From Roseibacillus sp. (lineage in GTDB: Bacteria; Verrucomicrobiota; Verrucomicrobiia; Verrucomicrobiales; Akkermansiaceae), in the NCBI GenBank assembly GCA_051251855.1, contig JBPOGI010000001.1:352001-416000 (forward strand): DNA of 64,000 bases, read 5' to 3'. The notes below the pieces were generated by a model, which ran no database searches, was not told the DNA's origin, and saw nothing but the letters and a program-made list of their open reading frames with translations. The position numbers and the translations under genes are program-made. Below are positions 1 to 10,465 of the stretch, in pieces. Position 1 is the stretch's first letter. Each line of letters starts with the position of its first letter.

Positions 1-2
1 AG

Positions 3-1394
3 AAAGGAAAGTTCTATGGTCACCCCGCGAGTCTTCCTTGGACAGAAGGTTACGATGGTCCTGCTTCGGTCGATCTTGAGACGGCTGAGCTGGAAAAACT
101 GCGCACTCCTGCCGCTGTCTGGTTCACCCAAAGCACGATGGCCAATTCTCCTACGCAGCCAATTCTCATCCCCGAAGGTTTTGGTCCTTTCGGTGGTCAG
201 ATGCTTATCGGCGAGATGAATAAACCTCGCGTGATTCGTCTCATGTTAGAAGAGGTGAATGGAGTCACCCAAGGAGCCTGTGCTCCCTTCATCGACAACA
301 ACGGGCTCGACATGGGAGTCAATCGTTTGGCCTTTGCTTCCGATGGAAGCCTTGTTCTTGGTCACTCCCACCTTTCCTGGCCTGGTGGGGAAGGGATGTC
401 TCGCATCACATTTCATGGCAAAGAGTCTTTCCAAGAAGTCAAAGACATCAAGATTACTCCTGATGGTTTTCTCGTCGAATTTCTTGAGAAGATTCCTGAC
501 CCTGCTGCTCTCGCTGAGGTCACACTCGACCGCTATACCTTTGACTACCACGTTTCCTACGGCTCTAAGCAAATTGACAAGGAAGCGGTTGCCCTTGAAT
601 GGAGTGCTCGCGGAGATGCAGGGACAACCTTCGAAGTGACCCTTGAGAAGCCTCACCGAAAAGACTTTTGCTATGAGTTCCAGTTCCCGATGTCCCTCAA
701 TCCGCTGCTCTGTTACACCGTTCGCGAGATTCCTAACAAGGGGAACAAGGCTTCCAAGGAAACCGTGGGGGAGAGTTACCAATGGGTGGACCTATTGGCG
801 GGAGATAGCTTGGAGCTCTGGCGCAATGGTTCGAAACACAACTACCATAAAGTTACTGAGGTTGGTGAACAGTGGTCTCTTAAGGACGGCGTTCTCTCTC
901 TCGACAAAAGCAAGGAGGGTCGAGGGGGGCATCTCATTACCAAGGATGACAGCTACTTCGACTTTGAATTCAAGTTCGAGTTCATGATCAGTGAAGAGGG
1001 AAATAGTGGAGTCAAATATCGGGTCAATAAAGAGACGGTGGGACTTGAGTATCAGGTCTACGACGATGCTATTTCCAAGGTGACCAAAAATAGCCTCGCC
1101 TCGCTCTATAACCTCAAGGCGGCCTCAGCGAAAAAGCAGGCTAAGACGCCTGGTAAAGAGTGGAACACAGGACGCATCGTTGCCGTTGGCAATAGTTTGC
1201 AGCACTGGCTCAATGGAGACCTTGTGCTGGAGATAGAGTTCGACTCCGAAGAGTGGAAAGAAGCTTTCGCCAAGAGCAAATACAAAGAAGACCCCACCTT
1301 CGCTCGTTCTCCTGGTCCGATTCATCTGCAAGACCACGGCAGCGATGTTCAATTCCGCAACCTTCGTATCCGAAAGTTGATGGATACGGAATAG
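3..1394 (+). CDS. 5'-truncated protein: beta-propeller-like region plus C-terminal DUF1080 (3-keto-disaccharide hydrolase) domain
   Basis: Frame is open from base 3 (KGKFYGHPASL...), upstream of the ATG at 138; C-terminal DUF1080-type motifs GNSGVKY, GLEYQVYD, GKEWNT, GPIHLQDHG, VQFRNLRIR. Confidence 0.8.
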   Translation, partial: KGKFYGHPASLPWTEGYDGPASVDLETAELEKLRTPAAVWFTQSTMANSPTQPILIPEGFGPFGGQMLIGEMNKPRVIRLMLEEVNGVTQGACAPFIDNNGLDMGVNRLAFASDGSLVLGHSHLSWPGGEGMSRITFHGKESFQEVKDIKITPDGFLVEFLEKIPDPAALAEVTLDRYTFDYHVSYGSKQIDKEAVALEWSARGDAGTTFEVTLEKPHRKDFCYEFQFPMSLNPLLCYTVREIPNKGNKASKETVGESYQWVDLLAGDSLELWRNGSKHNYHKVTEVGEQWSLKDGVLSLDKSKEGRGGHLITKDDSYFDFEFKFEFMISEEGNSGVKYRVNKETVGLEYQVYDDAISKVTKNSLASLYNLKAASAKKQAKTPGKEWNTGRIVAVGNSLQHWLNGDLVLEIEFDSEEWKEAFAKSKYKEDPTFARSPGPIHLQDHGSDVQFRNLRIRKLMDTE

Positions 1395-1849
1395 GGCTGA
1401 TTGAAAGGAGCGTCGTCTTCAGTCCCATGGCACTGTGTTAAACCGCCTAGTAGTGTCGAGGGCAAGGAAACGGGAGCGTGGTCTTTCCAAGCCGCCACCT
1501 TGTATTGCCGTCAGTTGAGGGTAGGCCTGTTCGTTCCCGAATCCGCTGTTCCTATGGGGATTCGTCGGCCCCCTTTTCTGAGCGAGAGCCTCCCCAGCGG
1601 CTTAAAAAGCCACTCTCCCGAGCCTGCGGTCACTGCCTTCGTAAGCTCCCGGTTTTTCGACTATCACAGTGCCATTCGACTTCAGTTGTCGGGTTTTTCG
1701 TGGTTTGGAATTGTAGACGTGCGGGAGCCATACTCTCGCTATCCTCTGACGGCAGTACCGTCGAATACGGACCGTCTGCGGACGACTGAAATCAACCCTC
1801 CTGGGTCACCGAATATTTTCTCGATATACTCAATTAGCGGAATGAAGAG

Positions 1850-4800
1850 TTACTTGAGGGTCTGAATATAACTCACCAAGTCCACCATGTTTTGCTCGGG
1901 AAGATTCCCAAAGTGAGAGGGCATGAACGATTCGCCATTTACTGCGCTTTCCTTCAGAATCTGTTCCTTAGGTACAAAAAACTCGCCTCCTCCCATAAAG
2001 GCGAGAGTGACCCCGTATGCATTGCTCTTTCTCATGTAACCTTCGAGGACGTCCCCATTGGTTTTAATCACGCGGTAGATTCGGTAACCTGCTTCCATCG
2101 CCTCGTTAGGTTTCACAATCGCAGTCAATAGATGGCTGATATCTCGATTCGCAGAGCCATCAAGAGCGGGAGCGATGTCGAGTCCTTGGTCACCCACGGC
2201 ATGGCAAGTGAGACAAGTGGCGCCAAAGAGGCTTTGCCCCGCGGTAGGGTTTCCCTGAAGCCTCTCAACCGCAGCCAGATACTTCTGCAGGCGTTCATCG
2301 GCGGCGGAAGCTTCTGCCCGAGCCTTTGCTTGCGTCGCTGCACGTAACTTCTTGGCCATGGGATTCTTGGGAAAGCTCGTGGAGATTCTCTTTGCGGTAT
2401 TCACATTTACCTCACTGAGGCTGAGCAATTTTCTTTGCGCAAGAGTCAAGGCCATGGCCGACCCATAGTGAGATGAGGCGAGAGAGGTCGCGACGGATTC
2501 TCGCTCCTCCTTGGAGAGGGGAGTGACGAGTTTTTCCAAATGACTGGAGGCCTCCTTGGGAGCCACTCTCGAAAGCTGAGTGAGAGCCTGCAAGCGAATG
2601 GCCCGAGGGACTTCCTCGTTCTGACCGAGTAGTAGCAGAGTCGCTTGGTTTTCTTTCGGAGTGATGGCGAGGGCGTTCACCCATTGAGCTGAAATTTGGT
2701 TCAAAGGGAGTGCTTCAACTGTCTTACGAAGTTCGACTGCGAGGGCAGGCGAGTTGAATCTCAGGGCAGTCTCGATGGCGAGGTTGCGGTCTTCCGTCGC
2801 CGGAGAATTAAAGAGCTTTTTGAGACCCAGCTCCAATGCTTTGAGTAGAGTGGCAGACTGGAGTCTTGGTTGAACTTCTAAGGCGAGTTCGACGAATTCC
2901 TTGGTCTCGAATTGAGGGGCCAGTAAAGCAAAGACCTTGCGGTTACTTAGCTGACTCGAGATAGAGACGAGGCCGTCACCATCAAGTGTTTTGGGCCCTT
3001 CTTTCTCCCAATTATCGATAAAGAGCTGGGCAAGTTTGTCGCCCTCGAGGGCTTTGGAAGCCCAATCTAAATTTTCGGGAGGAAGGGATTTCGCTGCGGG
3101 AGAGCTAATAAAGGCCGCGAGTTCGGTCGGGTATTGCTCGAGGGCTTTGCGGGCGAGAAAACGTTGGAAATTGGGTTCGTAACCTTCGCCCCAGTTGTTG
3201 TTCTTTGCGGCAGGCACACACGCAGTAATGAGGAGCTGAATTGTGTCTGGGTTGGCTTCCCCAATTTCAGCTAAAGTGCGGAGGACTTGTTCTTTGACCA
3301 TGTAGTGAGGGTCATTAATGAGTGGGCTGACCAAAGAAACCACTTCTTCGATTCTGGGCTGAAAGGTAGCGAGTGAACGCACTGCTTCTCGCCTCAAGTC
3401 TGGATCTTTGTTCTGACTCAGGGCTTGGAGAGTTGTGAAGTCGTAGGCCCCGAGGCTTTCAAGGGACCACAAGGCCACCAGGCGAGTGGAGAGACTTTGC
3501 CTTTGGTCGAGCACGATTTTGTTGAGATCGGGAGCCAACTCTTGTGCTTGTCGGTCCGCTATCTGGTGCCAAGCAGTTCGCTTTTCCCATTGAATCTCGG
3601 AAGCGAGATGCTTGATGAGTTCGTTGTTAGGGGTCTTTGTTAGATTCGGAATAGGCCCCTGGGGTTGGCTCTGGTGGCGCACGCGCCAGATGCGGCCATG
3701 AGTTTTGTCGCGGTCCGGATGGGTGCGAGCGACTTCGTTGTGAGAAACAATCTTGTTGTACCAGTCGACGATATAGAGGCAGCCATCGGGCCCGAACTCC
3801 ATATTGACGGGTCGGAACCAATCGTCGGAACAGGAGAGGAAATCCTCAAGATGCTCGGAGATGACGCTGCCGTCAGGTTTGCGGTCGGCGATGACGCAGT
3901 TGATGGTGCTGGTGATAGGATTGGCTAGGAACCCAAGGTTCTTCCATTTCTTGGGGAAGCCTTTGCTACCGTTTTCGTCGTAGGCGAGGGCAGAGATTCC
4001 GGTGCCGCCCACCCGGAAGGTGTGGAAGACGGGTGGGATAGGCTGGTAATCGCGAAACTTATCATTTCCGATTCCCTTGTAGGTCATCATGGGGTGCATG
4101 GGAGTGAGGGACCAACCTAGGTCATTGGCCTCGGTACCATACCATTGTCCGTTCTCCTTGAGGTGAAATCCCCAAATGTTTTGGAGGCCACAGTTGAGAA
4201 CTTCCAGCCTTTCTCCATCGAGCGAGAAGCGTCCAATCTTACTGAAGTTGAAGGTTTCTTGCTGCCCCGATTTGACGGCGGTCACTTTTCCTTTGTTGAG
4301 AGCGCCGTGTGAGAAGTGCACCCAGCCGCCGGGACCCCGCACGAGGGTGTGGGACATGGTGTGGGTGTCGAAAAAGCCGAAACCGCTGAGAATGGTCTCA
4401 TGCTGATCGAATTTACCATCACGGTCGGTATCGTTGAGAAAGAGCATTTCCGACCCGTGGGCGACAAAGACCCCATCTTTGTAAGGCAAGATGCTCTGAG
4501 GAATCGCAAGTCCCTCCGCAAAGACTGGAATCTGACCCTGCACTTTTTGAGTAGGATCAGAAATCACCAGAATTTGGTCCTCACCTTTCTTATCGAGCTG
4601 ATAAAATTCCCGCACTGTCGAGAACTCCCTAGATTTGGCGTCGACTTTGGCCAGATCGTTGCGGCCCACCTTCTTTGGAAGAGGATCGAGGGGATACATG
4701 CGAGCGGTTTGGGTCCAGAGTCGCCCCGCGTCGTCGAAGGCCAAATCGATGGGGTTTACGAGACCATTTTCCTCGGAAGCGACTAACTCGACCACAAATC

Positions 4801-4942
4801 CGGGGGGAACTTTGAAGGTTTTGAGCTGTTCTTCCGCTGACAAAGCTTCTTTGCGCGCCGACTGAGTCTTCTTTTTTGGAGCAGCGAAGGCGGAATCGAC
4901 CAGGCAAGTGGAAGTCAGGAGGATGAGGGGAAGAAACTTCAT
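1850..4942 (-). CDS. PVC-type heme-binding CxxCH protein (dehydrogenase-like propeller, HEAT repeats, cytochrome c)
   Basis: Signal peptide MKFLPLILL from 4942; FKVPPGFVVELVASE, NPIDLAFDDAGRLW, FRPVNMEFGPDGCLYIVDWYN, GRIWRV; C-terminal CLTCH. Confidence 0.88.
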   Translation of the reverse strand: MKFLPLILLTSTCLVDSAFAAPKKKTQSARKEALSAEEQLKTFKVPPGFVVELVASEENGLVNPIDLAFDDAGRLWTQTARMYPLDPLPKKVGRNDLAKVDAKSREFSTVREFYQLDKKGEDQILVISDPTQKVQGQIPVFAEGLAIPQSILPYKDGVFVAHGSEMLFLNDTDRDGKFDQHETILSGFGFFDTHTMSHTLVRGPGGWVHFSHGALNKGKVTAVKSGQQETFNFSKIGRFSLDGERLEVLNCGLQNIWGFHLKENGQWYGTEANDLGWSLTPMHPMMTYKGIGNDKFRDYQPIPPVFHTFRVGGTGISALAYDENGSKGFPKKWKNLGFLANPITSTINCVIADRKPDGSVISEHLEDFLSCSDDWFRPVNMEFGPDGCLYIVDWYNKIVSHNEVARTHPDRDKTHGRIWRVRHQSQPQGPIPNLTKTPNNELIKHLASEIQWEKRTAWHQIADRQAQELAPDLNKIVLDQRQSLSTRLVALWSLESLGAYDFTTLQALSQNKDPDLRREAVRSLATFQPRIEEVVSLVSPLINDPHYMVKEQVLRTLAEIGEANPDTIQLLITACVPAAKNNNWGEGYEPNFQRFLARKALEQYPTELAAFISSPAAKSLPPENLDWASKALEGDKLAQLFIDNWEKEGPKTLDGDGLVSISSQLSNRKVFALLAPQFETKEFVELALEVQPRLQSATLLKALELGLKKLFNSPATEDRNLAIETALRFNSPALAVELRKTVEALPLNQISAQWVNALAITPKENQATLLLLGQNEEVPRAIRLQALTQLSRVAPKEASSHLEKLVTPLSKEERESVATSLASSHYGSAMALTLAQRKLLSLSEVNVNTAKRISTSFPKNPMAKKLRAATQAKARAEASAADERLQKYLAAVERLQGNPTAGQSLFGATCLTCHAVGDQGLDIAPALDGSANRDISHLLTAIVKPNEAMEAGYRIYRVIKTNGDVLEGYMRKSNAYGVTLAFMGGGEFFVPKEQILKESAVNGESFMPSHFGNLPEQNMVDLVSYIQTLK

Positions 4943-5163
4943 GAAATATTGCAGTAAGGAATAGTAGGCAGGATACGAAAAAATCGAGCTGAAATTTTGG
5001 ATAAATTGAGTTCTGAAGGGGCCGCTCGACGAAAAGTGTTTTGTCCGTGAGAGAACACACTTAAGACTATCAAAAACCCTCATTTTTCTTGGCCAGATGA
5101 GCTTGGTATTACGTTTTCCAGAGAGATAATTCCTTGTAGATTGGCGTAACAAGCAATCGTCTT

Positions 5164-6507
5164 ATGAAATTAGGTCTTCCACTCCTCCTCTTGCTCTTCT
5201 TTGCCCAGACAGTCAGCTCAGAGCAAAAGCCCAATTTTATCATCATCTATACCGATGACCTCGGCTATGGCGACCTGAGTTGCTACGGTGCCAAAGACAT
5301 CAGTACGCCAAACATCGACCAGATGGCGAAGGATGGAGTGAGGATGTTAGATTTCTATGCCACCAGTGCCTCCTGCACACCCTCTCGCGCGGCCTTGATG
5401 ACGGGCTGTTATCCTGGACGAGTGGGGTTGAACAATGTGCTGATGCCCGATAGCAAAGATAAGAAAACGGGGAAGGTCTTGGGTCTGAATCCAGAAGAAG
5501 TGACCATCGCTGAGGTTGTAAAGGCGCAGGGTTACGCAACGGCATGTATTGGCAAATGGCATCTAGGCGATGATGAGGTGTTCATGCCGAACAACCATGG
5601 CTTCGATTATTTCTTCGGCATTCCCTATAGTAATGACATGGTCCCACCGCGGTTTCCGGACCTACCCCTGATGAGGAATCGCGATGTGTTAGAGGTGAAT
5701 CCCAATCAGGATTTTCTCACCAAGCGTCTTACCGAAGAAGCGATGGCGTTCGTTGAGAAGAATCGGGAGAAGCCCTTTTTTCTCTATCTCGCTCATCCCA
5801 TGCCTCACCGGCCTTGTCATGCCTCGCCAGCATTCCTGAAACGATTCTCCGATAAACAATTGGAGAAAGACCTCACTACCGAAGACAAAGGGGGACGTGA
5901 TTTTCTCTACCCCGCGGCAGTCGAGGAGATCGACTGGAGCACGGGAGAAATTCTTAGGCAGCTCGAATCACTTGGCTTAGCAGAGAATACCCTTGTGATT
6001 TTCACTTCTGACAATGGTCCTATGACTGGTTCGGCAGGGAAGCTGCGAGGAAAGAAGGGCAGTGTCTACGAAGGGGGGCATCGGGTGCCCGCCATCATCC
6101 AGTGGAAGGGCTCTATTCCAGCGAATACCGTGACGAAGCAGCTGGTCACGGGAATGGATTTTCTGCCTACCTTTGCTCACCTCTCGGGTTACACCTTACC
6201 TGCGAGGCCCAAGATTGATGGAATGAATGTTGCCTCTTTCATCACCACCGAAGTCGACAAGACTCTTTTGGAGCGCACTTTCTTTTACAATCATGGCGGA
6301 GTTGCGGTGAGAGAGGGGAACTGGAAATTCATCAGAGGTAAGAGAGGCGGGCTTTACAACCTTGAGAGCGATATTTCAGAGAAGAACGATCTTAGAAAGG
6401 AGCATCCTGAAAAAGCGGAACGGCTCAATCAGTTGATAAACGATTTCCAAATCGAAATCAAAAAGGACACTCGGAAAGCGGGAAGTCTTCCCGTCTCAAA
6501 GCCTTAA
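5164..6507 (+). CDS. Secreted Cys-type sulfatase (arylsulfatase A-like)
   Basis: PNFIIIYTDDLGYGD, CTPSRAALMTG, GKWHLG, FTSDNG, YEGGHRVP; signal peptide. Confidence 0.95.
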   Translation: MKLGLPLLLLLFFAQTVSSEQKPNFIIIYTDDLGYGDLSCYGAKDISTPNIDQMAKDGVRMLDFYATSASCTPSRAALMTGCYPGRVGLNNVLMPDSKDKKTGKVLGLNPEEVTIAEVVKAQGYATACIGKWHLGDDEVFMPNNHGFDYFFGIPYSNDMVPPRFPDLPLMRNRDVLEVNPNQDFLTKRLTEEAMAFVEKNREKPFFLYLAHPMPHRPCHASPAFLKRFSDKQLEKDLTTEDKGGRDFLYPAAVEEIDWSTGEILRQLESLGLAENTLVIFTSDNGPMTGSAGKLRGKKGSVYEGGHRVPAIIQWKGSIPANTVTKQLVTGMDFLPTFAHLSGYTLPARPKIDGMNVASFITTEVDKTLLERTFFYNHGGVAVREGNWKFIRGKRGGLYNLESDISEKNDLRKEHPEKAERLNQLINDFQIEIKKDTRKAGSLPVSKP

Positions 6508-6530
6508 GAACGGCAACGAACTGCGAGAGC

Positions 6531-9500
6531 TTAATCGCTTCCTTCGATACGAATTCGATAAAAGAGCTTCTCTGGGAGAGGGCGGTTCGCTTCGAGACTG
6601 ATTTTTTCGAAGTCTGCTCCCAGTTCGCTCGCTGGGTTTGGATTCGCGTAGCGGTAGTAGTCGGTGTAGGGACCCCAGCTTGCGAGGTCTTGGGAGAGGG
6701 TGACCTCATATCCGAGGCCAGCGTCGAGAACGCGGTGGAAATTGAAGTTGATGTCTGAAGTGTCTATGGCTTCGACGTCGTAGGCTGGAAGTTGGGTTAG
6801 AGACTTAGGATCGCTTCCCAGGGCAAACTCATCCAGATTACTTGCCCCATCGCCGTCGAAGTCGTCGCTTCCTGATTGGTTCAGGTCTCCGAAGGTGGCG
6901 AGCTCATAGTCATCGTTGAGTTGGTCGTTGTCGCTGTCCTTGTCTTCGACGGGGGTGTAGGTGACGAGGAGCTGGATGGTTTCGTCCTCAGGAGTGTTGG
7001 GGTCATCGCTATCGGCGAAACCAGCACCGACGAAGCCGAGAGTCTCGAAGGCGACGCGGACTCCATAGTTGGGGAAGATGCCCTGCTGCCAGTTGCTGGC
7101 CATGGTGGTGACTTGACTGTCGGGATCGAATCCGGTCTCGTCGCCCACAACTCCCGCAGCGCCACCGTAGAAACCAGAAGCATTGATGGCGGTTCCAAAA
7201 TCATCGTTACTGCCGAAGGTGAAAGTATCGGTGACAGGGGTAGAGTCGTAGAGGGGGTAGGTGCCGCTGGTGGTTCCCCAACTCGCGGTGACGCGGCTCA
7301 GTGCGATGGGAGCGCTGTTAGAGGTGTTCAGGCGGTTGGTTTGATAAATCTTGAGGCGAGCCTCGGTGACGTTACCTTCGATAGCGCTGAGGTCGAACTT
7401 GAGGAAAAGTTGGGTGCGTGTCGGTTGTTGGCTGCCGGATTCGGTGCGTTCGCGGATGTAGATGCTGCCTGAGTCGGTCCAGCTTCCCTGAACCATGGGG
7501 TCGTTTACGGTTCCATTGATACCGGCCATCTGCAGGCAAATGGGATCGAGGGCGACGGTGATGGGGCTGCCGATAGCGAGTGTTGAATTGGCATCGCGAG
7601 GGTTGGAGAAATTGGCGAGTTCGAGGCTGTCGCTCTGGCCGTCGCCGTCGGTGTCGTCGAGGGTGGGGTCGGTGTTCCAGAGATAGACTTCGTCGCCATC
7701 GGGGAGACCGTCGCCGTCGGTTTGGGCTGAGTCGGGGCGAGAGAAGAAGGTGAGGACTTCGAGGTCGTCGGTGATTTGGTCGTCGTCGGTGTCGGGGTCA
7801 AAGAGGTCGGCGCCGTTTTGGAATTCGGCTCCGTTGTTGAGTCCGTCGCTATCAAAATCTAACAGGCCGTCGGCGGGGTCGTCGCGGTCGAGTCCGTTGG
7901 TTTCGTTTTCGAAGTAGTTGGGTAGGCCGTCGTCGTCACTATCGATGGGAGGAACGTTGCTATCGCCATCGGTGCCGTAGGTGGTGTTGCCACGGATTTC
8001 ATTGAGGAGGTCGTAGAGCTCTTGTTCTTTTGCGAGAATAGCGGGGTCGGTGGAGGGAAGAAGGTTGGTCGTTTCCCCGATGTCGTTGGAAAGGTTGTAG
8101 AGCTGTCGCGGAGTGCCAAAGATTTCGCCGGCAGCGGTGGCGGCGGGGACGTTTACATTGTTAGAGTCGTAGGAGTTGCTGCCATTTCCGCCGGTGCCAT
8201 CGAGGAGTTTCCAGACGCCATCTTTGTCGAGAATGGCGAGTTGGCCGTTGTAGGCGTGTTGGGTGAGGGCCGCTCTGCGCTCGTTGGGCATGGGTTGACC
8301 GCTCAGGATGGGGAGAAAGCTCTCGGCATCGGGTGCTTCGTCGGGAGTGAAGTCGTAGCGGAGGAATTCCGCGAGGGTGGCAAAGAAGTCGCCTTGCCAG
8401 CAGGTATGGTTGGTGGTTGAGCCGGGGGTGGTTACTCCTGGCCAGCGCACCACAAAGGGGACGCGGGTGCCGCCTTCCCAGTTGTCGAGTTTTTGACCGC
8501 GGAAGGGGCCGTTGCCATCGTGGTTTTGGCCGAGCCCTTGGCCCATGGCGGAACGGGAGACGCCATTATCGCTGCTGAAGTAGACGATGGTATTGCTCTC
8601 TAAGCCATCCGCGGTCGCGGGGTCTCCGTCAGGGTCAGCGAGGGCATCAAGAATTTGGCCAGCGTAGTGGTCAGACTGGGCAAGGAAATCACCATAGGCG
8701 AAAGGAGTGCTGCCGCTGAAGGCGCTTTGCACCGCCCAAGGGAGGTGGGGAGAAGGGAAGGGAACGTAGATGAAGAAGGGGTCGCCATCGCGTGAATGGT
8801 CGAGCAGAACATCGGAGACCTTTTGAGCCTGCACTTGGAGGTAGTCGGAGACCACGAAGTTGGGGTCGTAAGCGCCATCGCGGACGTTGTTGACCGCGCC
8901 AATGGGTTCGCCTTCGAGGAAGTCGGAATTAGTAGCGGGGCTGGCTTGGCTGAAATCAACGTTACCTTCGCTGACGAGGCCGCCCTTGAAGAGAACGGTT
9001 TGGTTTTCTATCCAAGTGTAGGGTGGCATGTCGAGGGAAGCAGCCGTGCCGAAATAGTAATCGAAGCCGTAGGCATTCGGCGTTTCGGTGAGGGGGCGGG
9101 AGAAGTCGATCTCGTCGTCAGTGGTAGAAGTGGTGTCGGCTCCCAAGACATCGGCATCGTTGCCTAAATCAACTGGGGTTCCGCTGGGGCTGTAAAATTG
9201 CATCCCAATGTGCCACTTGCCGATCATGGAGGTGGAGTAGCCAAGTTCCTGAAACATCTTGGGCATGGTGAGGCGGTTGGGGTCGATGAGGGGGCGGGAG
9301 TATCCGCCGGTGACCCGGGTCTTGAGTCGGGTGCGCCAACAGTAGCGGCCGGTGAGGATGCCGTAACGGGAAGGGGTGCAAACAGCATCGCCCGAGTATC
9401 CGGCATCGAAACGAAGACCGCCGTTAGTGAGAGCATCGAGATTGGGGGTATAGGACGTTTGGGTGGTATCGTAGGCTCCGACATTGGAGTAGCCGAGGTC

Positions 9501-10202
9501 GTCATAGTAGAGAATGAGGACGTTGGGTTTGGTGGGGTCGAGGTTGGGATTCGGAGGACCCAAAGGATCGGGAGGGTCGACGGGGTCGCTCGTGGAGAGG
9601 TCAAGTTGGAGAACATTGAGTGCACTCGAACCGGAACCATTGGTATCCATCAAGAGCGAAATTTGGCCGCTCGCGTTGGGAGTGATTTCATTGAGTTCAA
9701 CGACTTGAGTGGAGTTGTTGAAAGCAGAGTTGAGGGTTCCGGTGACGGAATTGCTCCCTGTGGCGGTGAAGCTGGCTCCCGTGCCATTGTTGCCCCGGGC
9801 TCCATAGAGGCTGAGGACGTAACTCTCGGCTGGGTCCAGATTGCTGAGAGTGAGAGTGATGGTGCTGCTTTGGAAAAAGAGCCCATCCTGCAAGGCTGAT
9901 TGAGGAAAAGAGGAAAATAAGGACGGGTAGGGGCCCGCGAAATTAGCACCGCTACCAGCAGCACCGGAGTCGGTTCCTGAGGTGGTGTAAGCGAGACCGA
10001 TCGTGGTGGCCGCGCCAGATTCCGAAACAAGATTCGCCAAGTTCGCTGGGTCGCCACCGGTATTGGCGCTCATGTTGTTCCAGCCGATGTCGCTGGTGGT
10101 TTGAGTATTCAGACCCAAGTCGACAAGAATCGGAAGAGCCGACAAGGACGCGGGAGCAGCGAGAAAAATCGCGAGTAAAAGAGATGCGTTATGGCTTGGC
10201 AT
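6531..10202 (-). CDS. Multidomain secreted sulfatase with Asp-rich Ca-binding (TSP3-like) repeats and a DNRLRE-like module
   Basis: PNVLILYYDDLGY, CTPSRYGILTG, GKWHIG, SSDNG; repeated DTDGDG/DSDDDG; FLKFDLS..VTEARLKIY; ends FYRIRIE. Confidence 0.88.
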   Translation of the reverse strand: MPSHNASLLLAIFLAAPASLSALPILVDLGLNTQTTSDIGWNNMSANTGGDPANLANLVSESGAATTIGLAYTTSGTDSGAAGSGANFAGPYPSLFSSFPQSALQDGLFFQSSTITLTLSNLDPAESYVLSLYGARGNNGTGASFTATGSNSVTGTLNSAFNNSTQVVELNEITPNASGQISLLMDTNGSGSSALNVLQLDLSTSDPVDPPDPLGPPNPNLDPTKPNVLILYYDDLGYSNVGAYDTTQTSYTPNLDALTNGGLRFDAGYSGDAVCTPSRYGILTGRYCWRTRLKTRVTGGYSRPLIDPNRLTMPKMFQELGYSTSMIGKWHIGMQFYSPSGTPVDLGNDADVLGADTTSTTDDEIDFSRPLTETPNAYGFDYYFGTAASLDMPPYTWIENQTVLFKGGLVSEGNVDFSQASPATNSDFLEGEPIGAVNNVRDGAYDPNFVVSDYLQVQAQKVSDVLLDHSRDGDPFFIYVPFPSPHLPWAVQSAFSGSTPFAYGDFLAQSDHYAGQILDALADPDGDPATADGLESNTIVYFSSDNGVSRSAMGQGLGQNHDGNGPFRGQKLDNWEGGTRVPFVVRWPGVTTPGSTTNHTCWQGDFFATLAEFLRYDFTPDEAPDAESFLPILSGQPMPNERRAALTQHAYNGQLAILDKDGVWKLLDGTGGNGSNSYDSNNVNVPAATAAGEIFGTPRQLYNLSNDIGETTNLLPSTDPAILAKEQELYDLLNEIRGNTTYGTDGDSNVPPIDSDDDGLPNYFENETNGLDRDDPADGLLDFDSDGLNNGAEFQNGADLFDPDTDDDQITDDLEVLTFFSRPDSAQTDGDGLPDGDEVYLWNTDPTLDDTDGDGQSDSLELANFSNPRDANSTLAIGSPITVALDPICLQMAGINGTVNDPMVQGSWTDSGSIYIRERTESGSQQPTRTQLFLKFDLSAIEGNVTEARLKIYQTNRLNTSNSAPIALSRVTASWGTTSGTYPLYDSTPVTDTFTFGSNDDFGTAINASGFYGGAAGVVGDETGFDPDSQVTTMASNWQQGIFPNYGVRVAFETLGFVGAGFADSDDPNTPEDETIQLLVTYTPVEDKDSDNDQLNDDYELATFGDLNQSGSDDFDGDGASNLDEFALGSDPKSLTQLPAYDVEAIDTSDINFNFHRVLDAGLGYEVTLSQDLASWGPYTDYYRYANPNPASELGADFEKISLEANRPLPEKLFYRIRIEGSD

Positions 10203-10328
10203 ATTGGAGGGTTTGTCGGTTCGAATCTCAAGCCCAGCCTAGGACAGCCGAGATGGGAAGAATGGGAGGAAGTGTGGCTTTTTCGAGGCTGCGCCTCAAC
10301 AGGTAAATAGCGAGGGTGACTCCGAGCT

Positions 10329-10342
10329 TATCTTTAAAGATA
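10329..10342. promoter_or_regulatory. Perfect 14-bp palindrome TATCTTTAAAGATA, possible operator
   Basis: Self-complementary; ~130 bp upstream of the 10202 sulfatase start. Confidence 0.3.
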
Positions 10343-10365
10343 TGAGGAGATGATCGAAGGTGCGA

Positions 10366-10440
10366 ATGGACCGCGAACTTGAGTTTGTCCCCCAGCCGAG
10401 AGCCGATGTCAGTGGGGCGGGCTGAAGACCCGCGGTCCGT
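10366..10440. repeat. REP-like inverted repeat/hairpin
   Basis: ATGGACCGCG...GCGGGCTGAAGACCCGCGGTCCGT; GGACCGCG pairs with CGCGGTCC; just downstream of the 10466 stop. Confidence 0.55.
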
Positions 10441-10465
10441 CTGGGGTGAGAGAAGAACAGCGTAG

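Noticed and set aside
1393..1415. GGGCTGATT resembling a tmRNA 5' end
   Set aside because: No GGATTCGAC continuation and no tRNA-like 3' end
1401..1865. 154-aa ORF
   Set aside because: No recognisable motifs, atypical composition, overlaps the end of the convergent gene
7600..7960. Repeated GTCGTCG/GCCGTCG motifs as a DNA repeat or CRISPR array
   Set aside because: They encode Asp-rich DxDxDG protein repeats; no repeat-spacer structure
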